Shown piece after piece: positions 10,414 to 19,118 of a DNA stretch of 64,000 nucleotides. The notes below the pieces were generated by a model. It was not told the DNA's origin. It was given only the letters and a program-made list of their open reading frames with translations, and ran no database searches. Position numbers and translations under genes: made by a program. How positions within the stretch are numbered: the first letter of the stretch is position 1; each line of letters begins with the position of its first letter. The DNA is from an uncultured Candidatus Saccharibacteria bacterium (lineage in GTDB: Bacteria > Patescibacteriota > Saccharimonadia > Saccharimonadales > CAZICT01), in NCBI GenBank assembly GCA_964537935.1, contig CAZICT010000001.1, positions 70,870-134,869 on the forward strand, read 5' to 3'.

Positions 10414-10422
10414 ATTTTAACA
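10414..10422 (-). promoter_or_regulatory. Extended -10 promoter (cTGtTAAAAT) 6 nt upstream of the ATG at 10407
   Basis: Minus-strand reading tttcTGtTAAAATcagcttATG; no SD. Confidence 0.5.
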
Positions 10423-10463
10423 GAAACAGACGAGGTGTTACCTGTGGCTGGGCTTATTCACCT

Positions 10464-10565
10464 CTATGCGTCTGCTTGAGTGTCTATAAAAAGCACTTTT
10501 ATGACTACAGCTATTACGCCACCTAAGATGGCCCCCGCAAGCTGTATTATGTCTGCTTCGGACAT
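10464..10565 (-). CDS. Candidate 33-aa single-TM peptide (MSEADIIQLAGAILGGVIAVVIKVLFIDTQADA)
   Basis: Below ORF-track cutoff; GGAG 6 nt upstream of ATG; extended -10 aTGgTATAGT at 10607-10615 (minus). Confidence 0.25.
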   Translation of the reverse strand: MSEADIIQLAGAILGGVIAVVIKVLFIDTQADA

Positions 10566-10652
10566 TGGAATCTCCAAATTGTTTTATGTTAAGTGAGGTT
10601 GCCTGCACTATACCATATTTCTTATGTTTAAAGTTATAAATATCCATGTAAT

Positions 10653-10682
10653 TTGTCAGCCGTATCTAATCTGACGTATAAT
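10653..10682 (+). promoter_or_regulatory. Sigma70-type promoter for hisS
   Basis: TTGTCA-N18-TATAAT; ATG 10 nt downstream of the -10, no SD. Confidence 0.55.
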
Positions 10683-10692
10683 CACCGCTGAA

Positions 10693-12000
10693 ATGGCTTT
10701 ATCAACACAACCCTATAAAGGCACCCGGGATTTTTATCCGGAAGATAAGCGTTTGCAAAAATATATCTTTCAAACAATGCGAAAAGTTGCTGAGCGCTAT
10801 GGTTATGAAGAATATGATGCACCGCTGCTCGAGCCATTAGAGCTATATATGGCAAAAACCGGCGAAGAAATCGTCAATGAGCAAACATATCTGTTTACGG
10901 ATCGTGGTGAGCGGCAAGTGGTAATCAGACCGGAAATGACTCCATCGGTCTCGCGTATGGTTGCTGCGCGGCGTCAGGAGCTGGGTTATCCGCTGCGCTG
11001 GTATTCTATCCCTAACCTATGGCGATACGAACGACCGCAAAGAGGAAGGTTGCGCGAACATTGGCAACTTAATGTCGATCTATTTGGTGTTGAGGGTCTG
11101 GAAGCTGAGCAGGAAATAATTATGTTGGCAAACGACATAATGAAAAAGTTTGGCGCTAAACCAGACATGTACACCATTAAGCTCAACAGTCGCAAATTAA
11201 TGAATTACTTTATGGACGAGGTGCTCGGACTCGATGACACACAAGCCAATACTATAAGCAGGCTGATAGACCGTATGCATAAAATGGAATACGCGGAATT
11301 TGTTGCACAGACCGATGCCGTGTTTAGTCCGTCACAACGTGAGAACAACGGTCCGGATCAGCTATTCGAGTTCTTAAAAACATATTCTCTAGCCACCTTG
11401 CCCGAAACACTCAAAGATCAACCGGCTGTTACAGAGCTTAGAGGTTTGCTGGGAATGCTAGAAACCGCCGGAGTAAGCAATGCCGTATTTGATCCTTCAT
11501 TAATGCGGGGCTTTGATTACTACACTGATATCGTATTTGAGATTTATGACACACATCCTGACAACAATCGTTCAATGTTCGGTGGCGGTCGGTATGACGG
11601 GCTCGTCGGGCTTTTCGGTGTTGAACCGGTGCCGACAATCGGTTTTGGCATGGGCGACGTTGCCTTGCAGAATTTTCTTGAGGTTCATGGTCTTTTACCA
11701 ACTTTACCGTCCGAGACGGATGTGTATGTAGTATTAATCGGTGACGTGCAAAACAAATCTCAAAAAGCTATATCGTATTTGCGTAGCAACGGATTAAACG
11801 TCGCGGTTGATTTTTCAGGCCGGAAACCAGATAAACAAATCAAAACTGCCGATAAAAAGGGCATCGCTTATGTGTTGTTCATCGGTGAAGACGAGCTCAC
11901 GGAAGAGCGATTTAACCTCAAACATCTAAAAACAGGTGAAACAGAGACTCACGGTCTTGACCGTATAATCTCAATCGTCAAAGATTACCGTAAAAAATGA
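10693..12000 (+). CDS. hisS: Histidine--tRNA ligase
   Basis: 435 aa; class II aaRS, GTRDFYPED, RPEMTPSVSRM, GGGRYDGL motifs, C-terminal anticodon-binding domain. Confidence 0.93.
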   Translation: MALSTQPYKGTRDFYPEDKRLQKYIFQTMRKVAERYGYEEYDAPLLEPLELYMAKTGEEIVNEQTYLFTDRGERQVVIRPEMTPSVSRMVAARRQELGYPLRWYSIPNLWRYERPQRGRLREHWQLNVDLFGVEGLEAEQEIIMLANDIMKKFGAKPDMYTIKLNSRKLMNYFMDEVLGLDDTQANTISRLIDRMHKMEYAEFVAQTDAVFSPSQRENNGPDQLFEFLKTYSLATLPETLKDQPAVTELRGLLGMLETAGVSNAVFDPSLMRGFDYYTDIVFEIYDTHPDNNRSMFGGGRYDGLVGLFGVEPVPTIGFGMGDVALQNFLEVHGLLPTLPSETDVYVVLIGDVQNKSQKAISYLRSNGLNVAVDFSGRKPDKQIKTADKKGIAYVLFIGEDELTEERFNLKHLKTGETETHGLDRIISIVKDYRKK

Positions 12001-12443
12001 CGGCCACCAACCACGCATTAACCGGTGCGATTATCGGGACCACTATTCATAATCCGGCGATGGCTATAACTTTCGCAGTTTTATCACATTTTCTATTGGA
12101 TAGCCTACCGCACTTCGGATTTAGTGACCTTAAGTCGCGAGACTCTAAATTTACAAAAATGCTTTTAGCTGATATTGCTCTTTGTGTCGGCCTTGTGGTG
12201 CTGCTGTTTTTTACGACTACATCGTGGTTAATAATTAGTCTTTGTGCCTTTATGGCCACGTTACCGGATATCATGTGGCTGCCGGATTATGTCCGAAACC
12301 TAAAAGGCAGCCAGCCGGCAAACGCCACTAACTGGTTAATAGAATTTCATAGCTCCATACAGTGGTCGCAAACACCCAAAGGGGGTGTGATAGAAATGGT
12401 GTGGGCCGCGGTCTCGTTTTTGATTCTTATACAAATTACATAA
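11997..12443 (+). CDS. YdjM/DUF457-like membrane-bound metal-dependent hydrolase
   Basis: 148 aa; HALTGA...SHFLLDSLPH N-terminus, 3-4 TM; start overlaps hisS stop (ATGA). Confidence 0.6.
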   Translation: MTATNHALTGAIIGTTIHNPAMAITFAVLSHFLLDSLPHFGFSDLKSRDSKFTKMLLADIALCVGLVVLLFFTTTSWLIISLCAFMATLPDIMWLPDYVRNLKGSQPANATNWLIEFHSSIQWSQTPKGGVIEMVWAAVSFLILIQIT

Positions 12444-12476
12444 AAGACATACTTTATGGAAAAATTCGCCATAATC

Positions 12477-12485
12477 TGTTAGAGT
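12477..12485 (+). promoter_or_regulatory. Extended -10 promoter (cTGtTAGAGT) 8 nt upstream of tig ATG
   Basis: ataatcTGtTAGAGTaaatactcATG; no SD. Confidence 0.5.
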
Positions 12486-12493
12486 AAATACTC

Positions 12494-13771
12494 ATGCAAG
12501 TAAAAAAATCAGTTTCCAAGACTAAAGCGACACTTACAGTCAATGCCAATGAAAAAGATCTCGGCAGTATAAAAGCACATGTGCTTGGCCACTTTCAGGA
12601 AAATATGAAAGTCGCTGGCTTTCGTGAAGGCAAGGCCCCTCTTTCAGTGGTCGAAAAAAATGTTGACCAAAACTCATTCCAGACTGAGTTTTTGCAAGAA
12701 GCTATCGGCGCTCTTTATTCTCAGGCGGTACGTGAAACTAATCTGAGGGTTGTTGATCAGCCGGAAGTGCAGCTGACCAAGTTTGTTCCGTTTACTGAGT
12801 TGGAATTCACCGCTGAAGTGCCGGTTGTCGGAGAAGTTAAGTTAGGTGATTACAAAGAGCTAAAAGCAGATAAGCCAAAAGTAAGCGTTACGACCAAAGA
12901 TGTTAATGAAGTCGTTAAGTCATTACAGACTCGAATGGCCGAGAAAAAAGATGTCAAACGCGCTGCCAAGAACGGTGACCAGGTCTGGATTGACTTTAGG
13001 GGGGTTGATGACAAAGGCAAGCCGGTAAACGGTGCCGATGGAAAAGATTATCCTTTGCTGCTTGGCAGCAATACCTTTATTCCCGGATTTGAGCCGGAGC
13101 TCGTGGGCCTCAAAGCGGGTGACGAAAAGACATTTACAGTTACTTTCCCTAAAGACTACCGAGTCGCGGCACTTAAAGGCAAAAAAGTTACTTTTACTGT
13201 CAACGTCACTAAAGTTCAGGAAGTTATCGAACCTGAAGTGAACGACGAATTCGCTGCGAAAGCCGGCCCGTTTAAAACCGTGTCCGAGCTCAAAGATGAT
13301 ATAAAAAAGCAACTTACGCATGAACGCTCAAACCAGGCTGAACGTGATTATGAATCCGAGCTGGTGCGTCAACTGGCCGACAAAAGTACCATAGAAATAC
13401 CAGATGTGTTATTGAATGACCAGATCGATCGAATGCTCAACGAACTTAAGCAGAATTTGACATATCGTGGTCAGACATTACAGGAGTTTTTAGAAGCTGA
13501 ACATACCACCGAAGAGAAATACAAAAATGAAGTATTGCGACCGGAAGCCGAGCAGCGGGTTAAGGCAGGGCTAGTGTTGGCTGAAGTTGCTGATGCTGAA
13601 AACCTGACAGTACAACCAGAGGAGCTGGAGATTCGTATGCAAGTGCTAAAGGGTCAATACAAAGACCCGCAAATGCAAGCTGAACTAGAAAAGCCTGAGA
13701 ATCGTCGCGAGATAGCATCGCGACTTTTGACTGAAAAAACTATCGCTAAATTAAAGAGTATAAACTCATAA
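12494..13771 (+). CDS. tig: Trigger factor
   Basis: 425 aa; ribosome-binding N domain (GFREGKAP), central FKBP PPIase (FIPGFEPELVGLKAGDEKTF). Confidence 0.9.
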   Translation: MQVKKSVSKTKATLTVNANEKDLGSIKAHVLGHFQENMKVAGFREGKAPLSVVEKNVDQNSFQTEFLQEAIGALYSQAVRETNLRVVDQPEVQLTKFVPFTELEFTAEVPVVGEVKLGDYKELKADKPKVSVTTKDVNEVVKSLQTRMAEKKDVKRAAKNGDQVWIDFRGVDDKGKPVNGADGKDYPLLLGSNTFIPGFEPELVGLKAGDEKTFTVTFPKDYRVAALKGKKVTFTVNVTKVQEVIEPEVNDEFAAKAGPFKTVSELKDDIKKQLTHERSNQAERDYESELVRQLADKSTIEIPDVLLNDQIDRMLNELKQNLTYRGQTLQEFLEAEHTTEEKYKNEVLRPEAEQRVKAGLVLAEVADAENLTVQPEELEIRMQVLKGQYKDPQMQAELEKPENRREIASRLLTEKTIAKLKSINS

Positions 13772-13792
13772 TCATCTATTGCGGCTAATTAT

Positions 13793-13830
13793 AATTAGCA
13801 CTCTTGCATTGAGAGTGCTAATTTATTATG
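13793..13830 (+). terminator. Rho-independent terminator after tig
   Basis: 12-bp stem aattagcactct/agagtgctaatt, loop tgcattg, then ttatt. Confidence 0.65.
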
Positions 13831-13856
13831 ATGATAGGTACTAAGGAGAAATTGAC

Positions 13857-14447
13857 ATGCCATTAGTACCAACCGTTATTGAACAAGAAGGCCGTGTAGA
13901 ACGGGCTTATGATATATATTCTCGCCTATTAAAAGATCGTATTATCTTTGTCGGCGAAGATATAAACCCGCACACCGCCAACCTTATCGTTGCTCAGCTG
14001 TTGTTCTTGCAGGCTGAAGATTCCAAAAAAGATATCTATCTTTATATAAACAGTCCAGGTGGCAGCGTCTATGATGCGCTTGCTATCTATGACACAATGC
14101 AATACGTCAAAAACGATGTCCAAACCGTTGGAATTGGCGTTCAAGCATCGGCGGCAGCCTTCCTGTTAAGCTCAGGAACCAAAGGTAAACGCTTCTTATT
14201 GCCTAATGCTTCAGTAATGATTCATCAGCCATCAAGCGGAACTCGGGGCAAAGTTACCGACCAGGAAATTGACTTGCGTGAAGCTTTACGGGTCAAGAAA
14301 CTCTTAGAAGAAATTATGGCTAAGAATACCGGACAAAAGGCTTCAAAAATACACGAAGACATGGAACGTGACAAGTGGCTTGACGCAAAAGAGGCCAAAG
14401 CCTACGGTATTGTTGATGCGGTTATCAATACGCCGCCTAAGGGTTAA
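13857..14447 (+). CDS. clpP: ATP-dependent Clp protease proteolytic subunit
   Basis: 196 aa; [25 protein letters not shown]; SD aaggag upstream. Confidence 0.95.
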   Translation: MPLVPTVIEQEGRVERAYDIYSRLLKDRIIFVGEDINPHTANLIVAQLLFLQAEDSKKDIYLYINSPGGSVYDALAIYDTMQYVKNDVQTVGIGVQASAAAFLLSSGTKGKRFLLPNASVMIHQPSSGTRGKVTDQEIDLREALRVKKLLEEIMAKNTGQKASKIHEDMERDKWLDAKEAKAYGIVDAVINTPPKG

Positions 14448-14539
14448 GCGATTAACATAACTGTAAGAAAATTTACTGCCTAGGGCTGGACTGCAAACCT
14501 ATACTTAATTTTTGGCTAAACGTCTGATAGGAGAATATT

Positions 14540-15364
14540 GTGCCTCAATTTACCGATCCCGAGTATATTCAATCACTGGATTATAGAGTTATTCCAGCCT
14601 CAAAACTTTCGTCAGCACAAGCTGAAGACCTAGACGAGCTTCTGCACGCCTCACTTTCTGTAGATTTTCCTGATAGAACTGCCGCTGAAATAGAAGGCTT
14701 TGTGCACATATATCATTCCAGACATAAAAATTTAAATAGACATCTTGGCAGCGCATCTTTGCGGGCAAATCAATTGTATCGTCACCAGCGGCTAGCTGTA
14801 GCAACCGATAAGAACCTTGACAGGGCGGTAAGCTTTTTATTTTTTGCAGATAACGCTTCCAGTACCCGCGATATAGAAATCCCGGCTTTCTTAAGCAAGG
14901 TGATGAATAGAGTGCCTAAGCCGGCTGAATCATTGCTACGAAGAGCAGAGATAGAAGCAAAATTACGTACCGAGCGATTGGTTACTAAGCGATGGCACTG
15001 GTTGGGGATGCGTGCGGTTCTGCCGGAATTAGTACCTGAAGAGACAAGCGAAGCGGATAGTAAAGTATCGGTAGTCGATGTACTGGGATATTTGTCACTA
15101 GATGGAAAAAACTGGGTACAGCCGGTGTCGGCCTATCCATGGCATGGCGAGAAGTGGTGGATGGAATCTCTGAGCAGTTGGGGTTTACGTGCCCAAGAAG
15201 ACGAAGAAACTGAACCCATTTACGCTTTTGGATCAGAGCAGCAACCTGTTCTGCAAGAACGGTGGGTGGCTGAATCTGTTTCTGCGGTTGATGCTCATCT
15301 TCGGTCAAAGCCCTTAGGGCACATGCTTTTATCAGAAGCTAAGCAGAAAGCAGCGATACTCTAA
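14540..15364 (+). CDS. Hypothetical protein
   Basis: 274-aa ORF, GTG start with aggag SD; no recognisable motif. Confidence 0.55.
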   Translation: MPQFTDPEYIQSLDYRVIPASKLSSAQAEDLDELLHASLSVDFPDRTAAEIEGFVHIYHSRHKNLNRHLGSASLRANQLYRHQRLAVATDKNLDRAVSFLFFADNASSTRDIEIPAFLSKVMNRVPKPAESLLRRAEIEAKLRTERLVTKRWHWLGMRAVLPELVPEETSEADSKVSVVDVLGYLSLDGKNWVQPVSAYPWHGEKWWMESLSSWGLRAQEDEETEPIYAFGSEQQPVLQERWVAESVSAVDAHLRSKPLGHMLLSEAKQKAAIL

Positions 15365-15375
15365 GTCATGCCCAC

Positions 15376-15404
15376 TTGACTTCATACACAAGCTAGCTCA
15401 TACT
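15376..15404 (+). promoter_or_regulatory. Sigma70-type promoter for rpoBC
   Basis: TTGACT-N17-CATACT (or N19-TACTAT); ~130-nt leader. Confidence 0.5.
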
Positions 15405-15533
15405 ATACAGTAAGAAGTAGTGTACGCAGGTAGTGCTAAGGAGTTACGAGGACTCGCTTAAGCATCAAAAGCCACGTAGTGAACTTTGTCTTAAAAGGCC
15501 AAAAGACATCAATCTAAATCAAGTGGGAGTAGC

Positions 15534-18500
15534 ATGGCGAAATCAGACGCTGTTAAAGGCGCTTCTAAGCGCACATATTTTACTAATACAAAAGATATTC
15601 TTGATTTACCTAACCTGGTAGATCATCAAAACAGATCGTTTAAATGGTTTATAGAAGAGGGGCTCGGGGAATTATTAGCCGAAATCAGCCCGATCGAAGA
15701 CTATACCGGCACAAAACTGTCACTACGCTTCAAGGATTATCACTTTGAAGATCCTAAAATTTCCGAAGCCGAAGCCCGTGAAAACAATGTCAGCTTCGAC
15801 GCTTCACTCAAAGCTACGATAGAATTAACCAACAAGGTCACAGGTGAGGTCAAGGATCAGGAAATCTACCTCGGTGATTATCCGTGGATGACCGAACGCG
15901 GCACATTCGTTATTAATGGCGCTGAAAGAGTGGTTGTTTCTCAGCTGATACGTTCAGCCGGTGTTTTCTTCACCGCGGACGGTCAAGGTACGAGCAGTCT
16001 TTATGGAGCAAAAGTCATCCCTGGACGCGGTGCATGGCTTGAATTCGAAACAGCTTCATCCGGTGCTATTTATGTGAAGATTGATCGCAAGCGTAAAATT
16101 CCGGTAACCACTTTATTGCGTGCGCTTGGCATGACTGAAGCGCAAATGAAAGACGCCTTCAAACACGTTGATCAGGGAGAGACCAACTATCTGGAAGCAA
16201 CACTTGAAAAGGATCCGGCTCGTGGAACCAACGAGGCTTTGATAGAGGTCTATAGGCGCTTGCGTCCTGGCGATCTGGCGACTGTCGATAACGCCCGCGG
16301 TCTTATAGAAAACATGTTCTATAACTTTAAGCGCTTTGACTTTTCCCGAGTTGGACGCTACAAAATCAACAAGCGCTTAAACCTTGATGTGCCGAACACG
16401 ATCGAAAACCGGGTTATGCGGCTTGATGATCTGACGGCCATTATTGCCGAAATTATCCGTTTGAATAACACCCAGGAACCGGCTGATGATATCGATTCGC
16501 TTGCCAACCGACGCGTCAAGCTGGTCGGCGAGCTGGTGCAGCGCCAATTCCGTATCGGCCTATTACGTATGGAGCGCAATACCAAAGACAGAATGTCAAT
16601 GAGTGAGATAGAAACTGTAACTCCGGCACAATTAATCAATGCCCGGCCGATTGTTGCGGCCGTGCGCGAATTCTTTGCCAGCTCACAGCTTTCTCAGTTC
16701 ATGGATCAAATAAATCCGCTTTCAGAATTGGCCCACAAGCGTCGTCTCAGTTCGATGGGTCCAGGCGGACTTTCCCGCGAACGAGCCGGCTTTGAGGTGC
16801 GTGATGCTCACGCGACTCACTACGGTCGTATTTGTGCAGTTGAAACTCCGGAAGGCGCAAACATTGGATTGGTACTTAACCTGGCAAGTTATGCCCGTAT
16901 TAATGATTACGGCTTGATAGAAACGCCGTATCGTAAAGTTATCAATGCGGTTACAGCAAAAGAGGCTGTTGGGCATACTGCCAACGTCGACCTGGAAGAC
17001 GCTAACGGTAAAGTCATTGTTAAGGCTGGCCAGAAGATATCTGCCGAAGCAGCCAAAAAATTAGACACAGTCAAAGAGCAGGTTACTTGGCCGGTTAAAG
17101 CTGTGGTTACTGATGAGGTTATTTACCTGGACGCTGCCGAAGAAGAGCAGGCAACAATTGCCAGCTCTGGAGAGCCGGTTGATGAAAACGGTCATTTTAT
17201 AAATGAACGTATTTCTGCCCGTAGTCATCTTAAATCAGGAGAAGTCGATTCGAATGATGTTACCCATATGGATGCCACACACAAACAAATTATCGGTTCA
17301 AGCGCTGGTTTAATTCCTTTCATTGAAAAGAATTATGTTTACCGAAGCCTCATGGGCAGCAACCAGCAACGACAGGCTGTACCTCTCGTTAAGCCCGAGT
17401 CGCCGCTCGTAGGCACAGGCATGGAAGCGGTTGTAGCAAACAACAGCGGTCAACTTTTGGTGGCAGAAGCTGATGGTGAAGTCGTAAAAGCAAGCGCAGA
17501 TGAAGTGGTTGTTAAGTACAAGGAAGGTACAAAAACTTATCGACCACAGCACTTCGTTCGCAGTAACGAAGGCAGTTCGATCAACCAAAAGGTTGTCGTA
17601 AGTTCCGGCGATAAACTGAAAAAAGGCGATGCTATCGTTGAGGGTATGTCGGTCGCTGACGGAGAGCTGGCGCTTGGAAAAGATTTGTTGGTTGCGTTTA
17701 TGCCATGGGCTGGTTACAACTTCGAGGATGCCATAATTTTGAGCCGTAGACTCGTTGAAGACGATACGCTGACAAGCATTCACATCGTTGACTTCATGGT
17801 AGAAGTTCGCGAAACCAAGCTTGGCCCGGAAATCGTTACCCGTGACATTCCAAACGTATCAGAAGACGCCTTAAGGCATCTTGACGACGAAGGTATTGTG
17901 CGTATTGGTGCCGAGGTGCATCCTGGTGACATCCTGGTAGGAAAAATTACTCCTAAAGGTGAGCAGGAACTAAGCTCAGAAGAGCGACTTCTGCGGGCAA
18001 TCTTCGGTGAGAAAGCCAAAGAAGTGCGCGATACCTCACAGCGAATGCCTAACGGCAAGCACGGAAAAGTTGTTGGCGTTCGGATCTTCAGTCGCGACAA
18101 AGGTCACGAACTAAAGTCTGGCGTTATCATGCAAATCCAAGTGTTTGTCGCTCAAATGCGTAAAGTCGCTGTCGGAGACAAGTTGGGTGGAAGGCACGGT
18201 AACAAAGGTGTTATCGCCACTATTTTGCCGGTCGAAGACATGCCGTTCACTGAAGACGGCACTCCGATTGACATCATTCTTAACCCACTTGGTGTTCCAT
18301 CACGCATGAACATCGGTCAGTTGTTTGAGGCCCACCTGGGCATGGCCGCAAGGGCACTTGGCATTAAAGTAGCCAGCCCTTCGTTTGATGGTGTTGAAAG
18401 CCCGAAGATCCGTGAACTGCTTAAAGAAGCAGGATTGCCGGAGGACGGCAAGCAACAGCTATACGATGGCCGCACCGGTGAAGCATTCACCGAACGAACA

Positions 18501-19118
18501 ACTGTCGGAGCCATGTACATGATCAAGCTCAATCACATGATTGCAGATAAAATTCATGCCCGTTCAACCGGACCATACACCATGGTCACCCAGCAGCCTC
18601 TCGGTGGTAAGGCCCAAAACGGCGGTCAGCGCTTCGGCGAGATGGAAGTCTGGGCACTAGAGGCTTACGGTGCAGCTAACACATTGCAAGAAATGCTTAC
18701 TATTAAATCTGACGACGTTTACGGAAGATCAAAGGCCTACGAAGCAATCATAAAAGGCACTGAAATTGTCGGACCTAAAGTTCCTGAAAGCTTTAACGTG
18801 CTTGTTAAGGAACTTCAGGGATTAGGACTTAAAGTAGACCTGATTACTTCAGATAAGCTGATCGACGCAGAAGATATACTGTCTGAAAACATCAAAGACG
18901 AAGCTACTAATCAAGCTGATGTTGAGGTGCCGGATTCAGCTATATCAGACGTAGACGTAACAGATGATGCGACCGTTGATGAATACGTGGTTATGGAACT
19001 TGAAGATGACATTCCTGCCACTACGACGGTTAATTCTCAGGATGAAGATACTAACCAAAGCGACGAGGATGATAGCACTACACTTGTCGCAGCCGATGAT
19101 GAAGAGGAGGAGGCGTAA
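15534..19118 (+). CDS. rpoB: DNA-directed RNA polymerase subunit beta, with ~100-aa acidic C-terminal tail
   Basis: 1194 aa; canonical beta motifs (GRHGNKGV, NPLGVPSRMNIGQ, GGQRFGEMEVWALEAYGA). Confidence 0.97.
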   Translation: MAKSDAVKGASKRTYFTNTKDILDLPNLVDHQNRSFKWFIEEGLGELLAEISPIEDYTGTKLSLRFKDYHFEDPKISEAEARENNVSFDASLKATIELTNKVTGEVKDQEIYLGDYPWMTERGTFVINGAERVVVSQLIRSAGVFFTADGQGTSSLYGAKVIPGRGAWLEFETASSGAIYVKIDRKRKIPVTTLLRALGMTEAQMKDAFKHVDQGETNYLEATLEKDPARGTNEALIEVYRRLRPGDLATVDNARGLIENMFYNFKRFDFSRVGRYKINKRLNLDVPNTIENRVMRLDDLTAIIAEIIRLNNTQEPADDIDSLANRRVKLVGELVQRQFRIGLLRMERNTKDRMSMSEIETVTPAQLINARPIVAAVREFFASSQLSQFMDQINPLSELAHKRRLSSMGPGGLSRERAGFEVRDAHATHYGRICAVETPEGANIGLVLNLASYARINDYGLIETPYRKVINAVTAKEAVGHTANVDLEDANGKVIVKAGQKISAEAAKKLDTVKEQVTWPVKAVVTDEVIYLDAAEEEQATIASSGEPVDENGHFINERISARSHLKSGEVDSNDVTHMDATHKQIIGSSAGLIPFIEKNYVYRSLMGSNQQRQAVPLVKPESPLVGTGMEAVVANNSGQLLVAEADGEVVKASADEVVVKYKEGTKTYRPQHFVRSNEGSSINQKVVVSSGDKLKKGDAIVEGMSVADGELALGKDLLVAFMPWAGYNFEDAIILSRRLVEDDTLTSIHIVDFMVEVRETKLGPEIVTRDIPNVSEDALRHLDDEGIVRIGAEVHPGDILVGKITPKGEQELSSEERLLRAIFGEKAKEVRDTSQRMPNGKHGKVVGVRIFSRDKGHELKSGVIMQIQVFVAQMRKVAVGDKLGGRHGNKGVIATILPVEDMPFTEDGTPIDIILNPLGVPSRMNIGQLFEAHLGMAARALGIKVASPSFDGVESPKIRELLKEAGLPEDGKQQLYDGRTGEAFTERTTVGAMYMIKLNHMIADKIHARSTGPYTMVTQQPLGGKAQNGGQRFGEMEVWALEAYGAANTLQEMLTIKSDDVYGRSKAYEAIIKGTEIVGPKVPESFNVLVKELQGLGLKVDLITSDKLIDAEDILSENIKDEATNQADVEVPDSAISDVDVTDDATVDEYVVMELEDDIPATTTVNSQDEDTNQSDEDDSTTLVAADDEEEEA

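Noticed and set aside
10438-10647. 69-aa minus-strand ORF in the hisS upstream region
   Set aside because: It spans promoter elements and has an implausible composition with no SD. A shorter SD-preceded ORF in another frame (10464-10565) is the better candidate.
17310-18100. Long minus-strand ORFs (157 and 106 aa) inside rpoB; similar ones inside rpoC, fusA (25507-26010, 167 aa), rplW/rplB (33682-34110), rplF/rplR (39606-40037), trpS/rluD (48431-48955, 174 aa), nusG (62980-63375) and tuf
   Set aside because: All are antisense to strongly conserved genes, have low-complexity or Ser/Arg/Cys-rich translations, and lack start signals. They are typical shadow ORFs.
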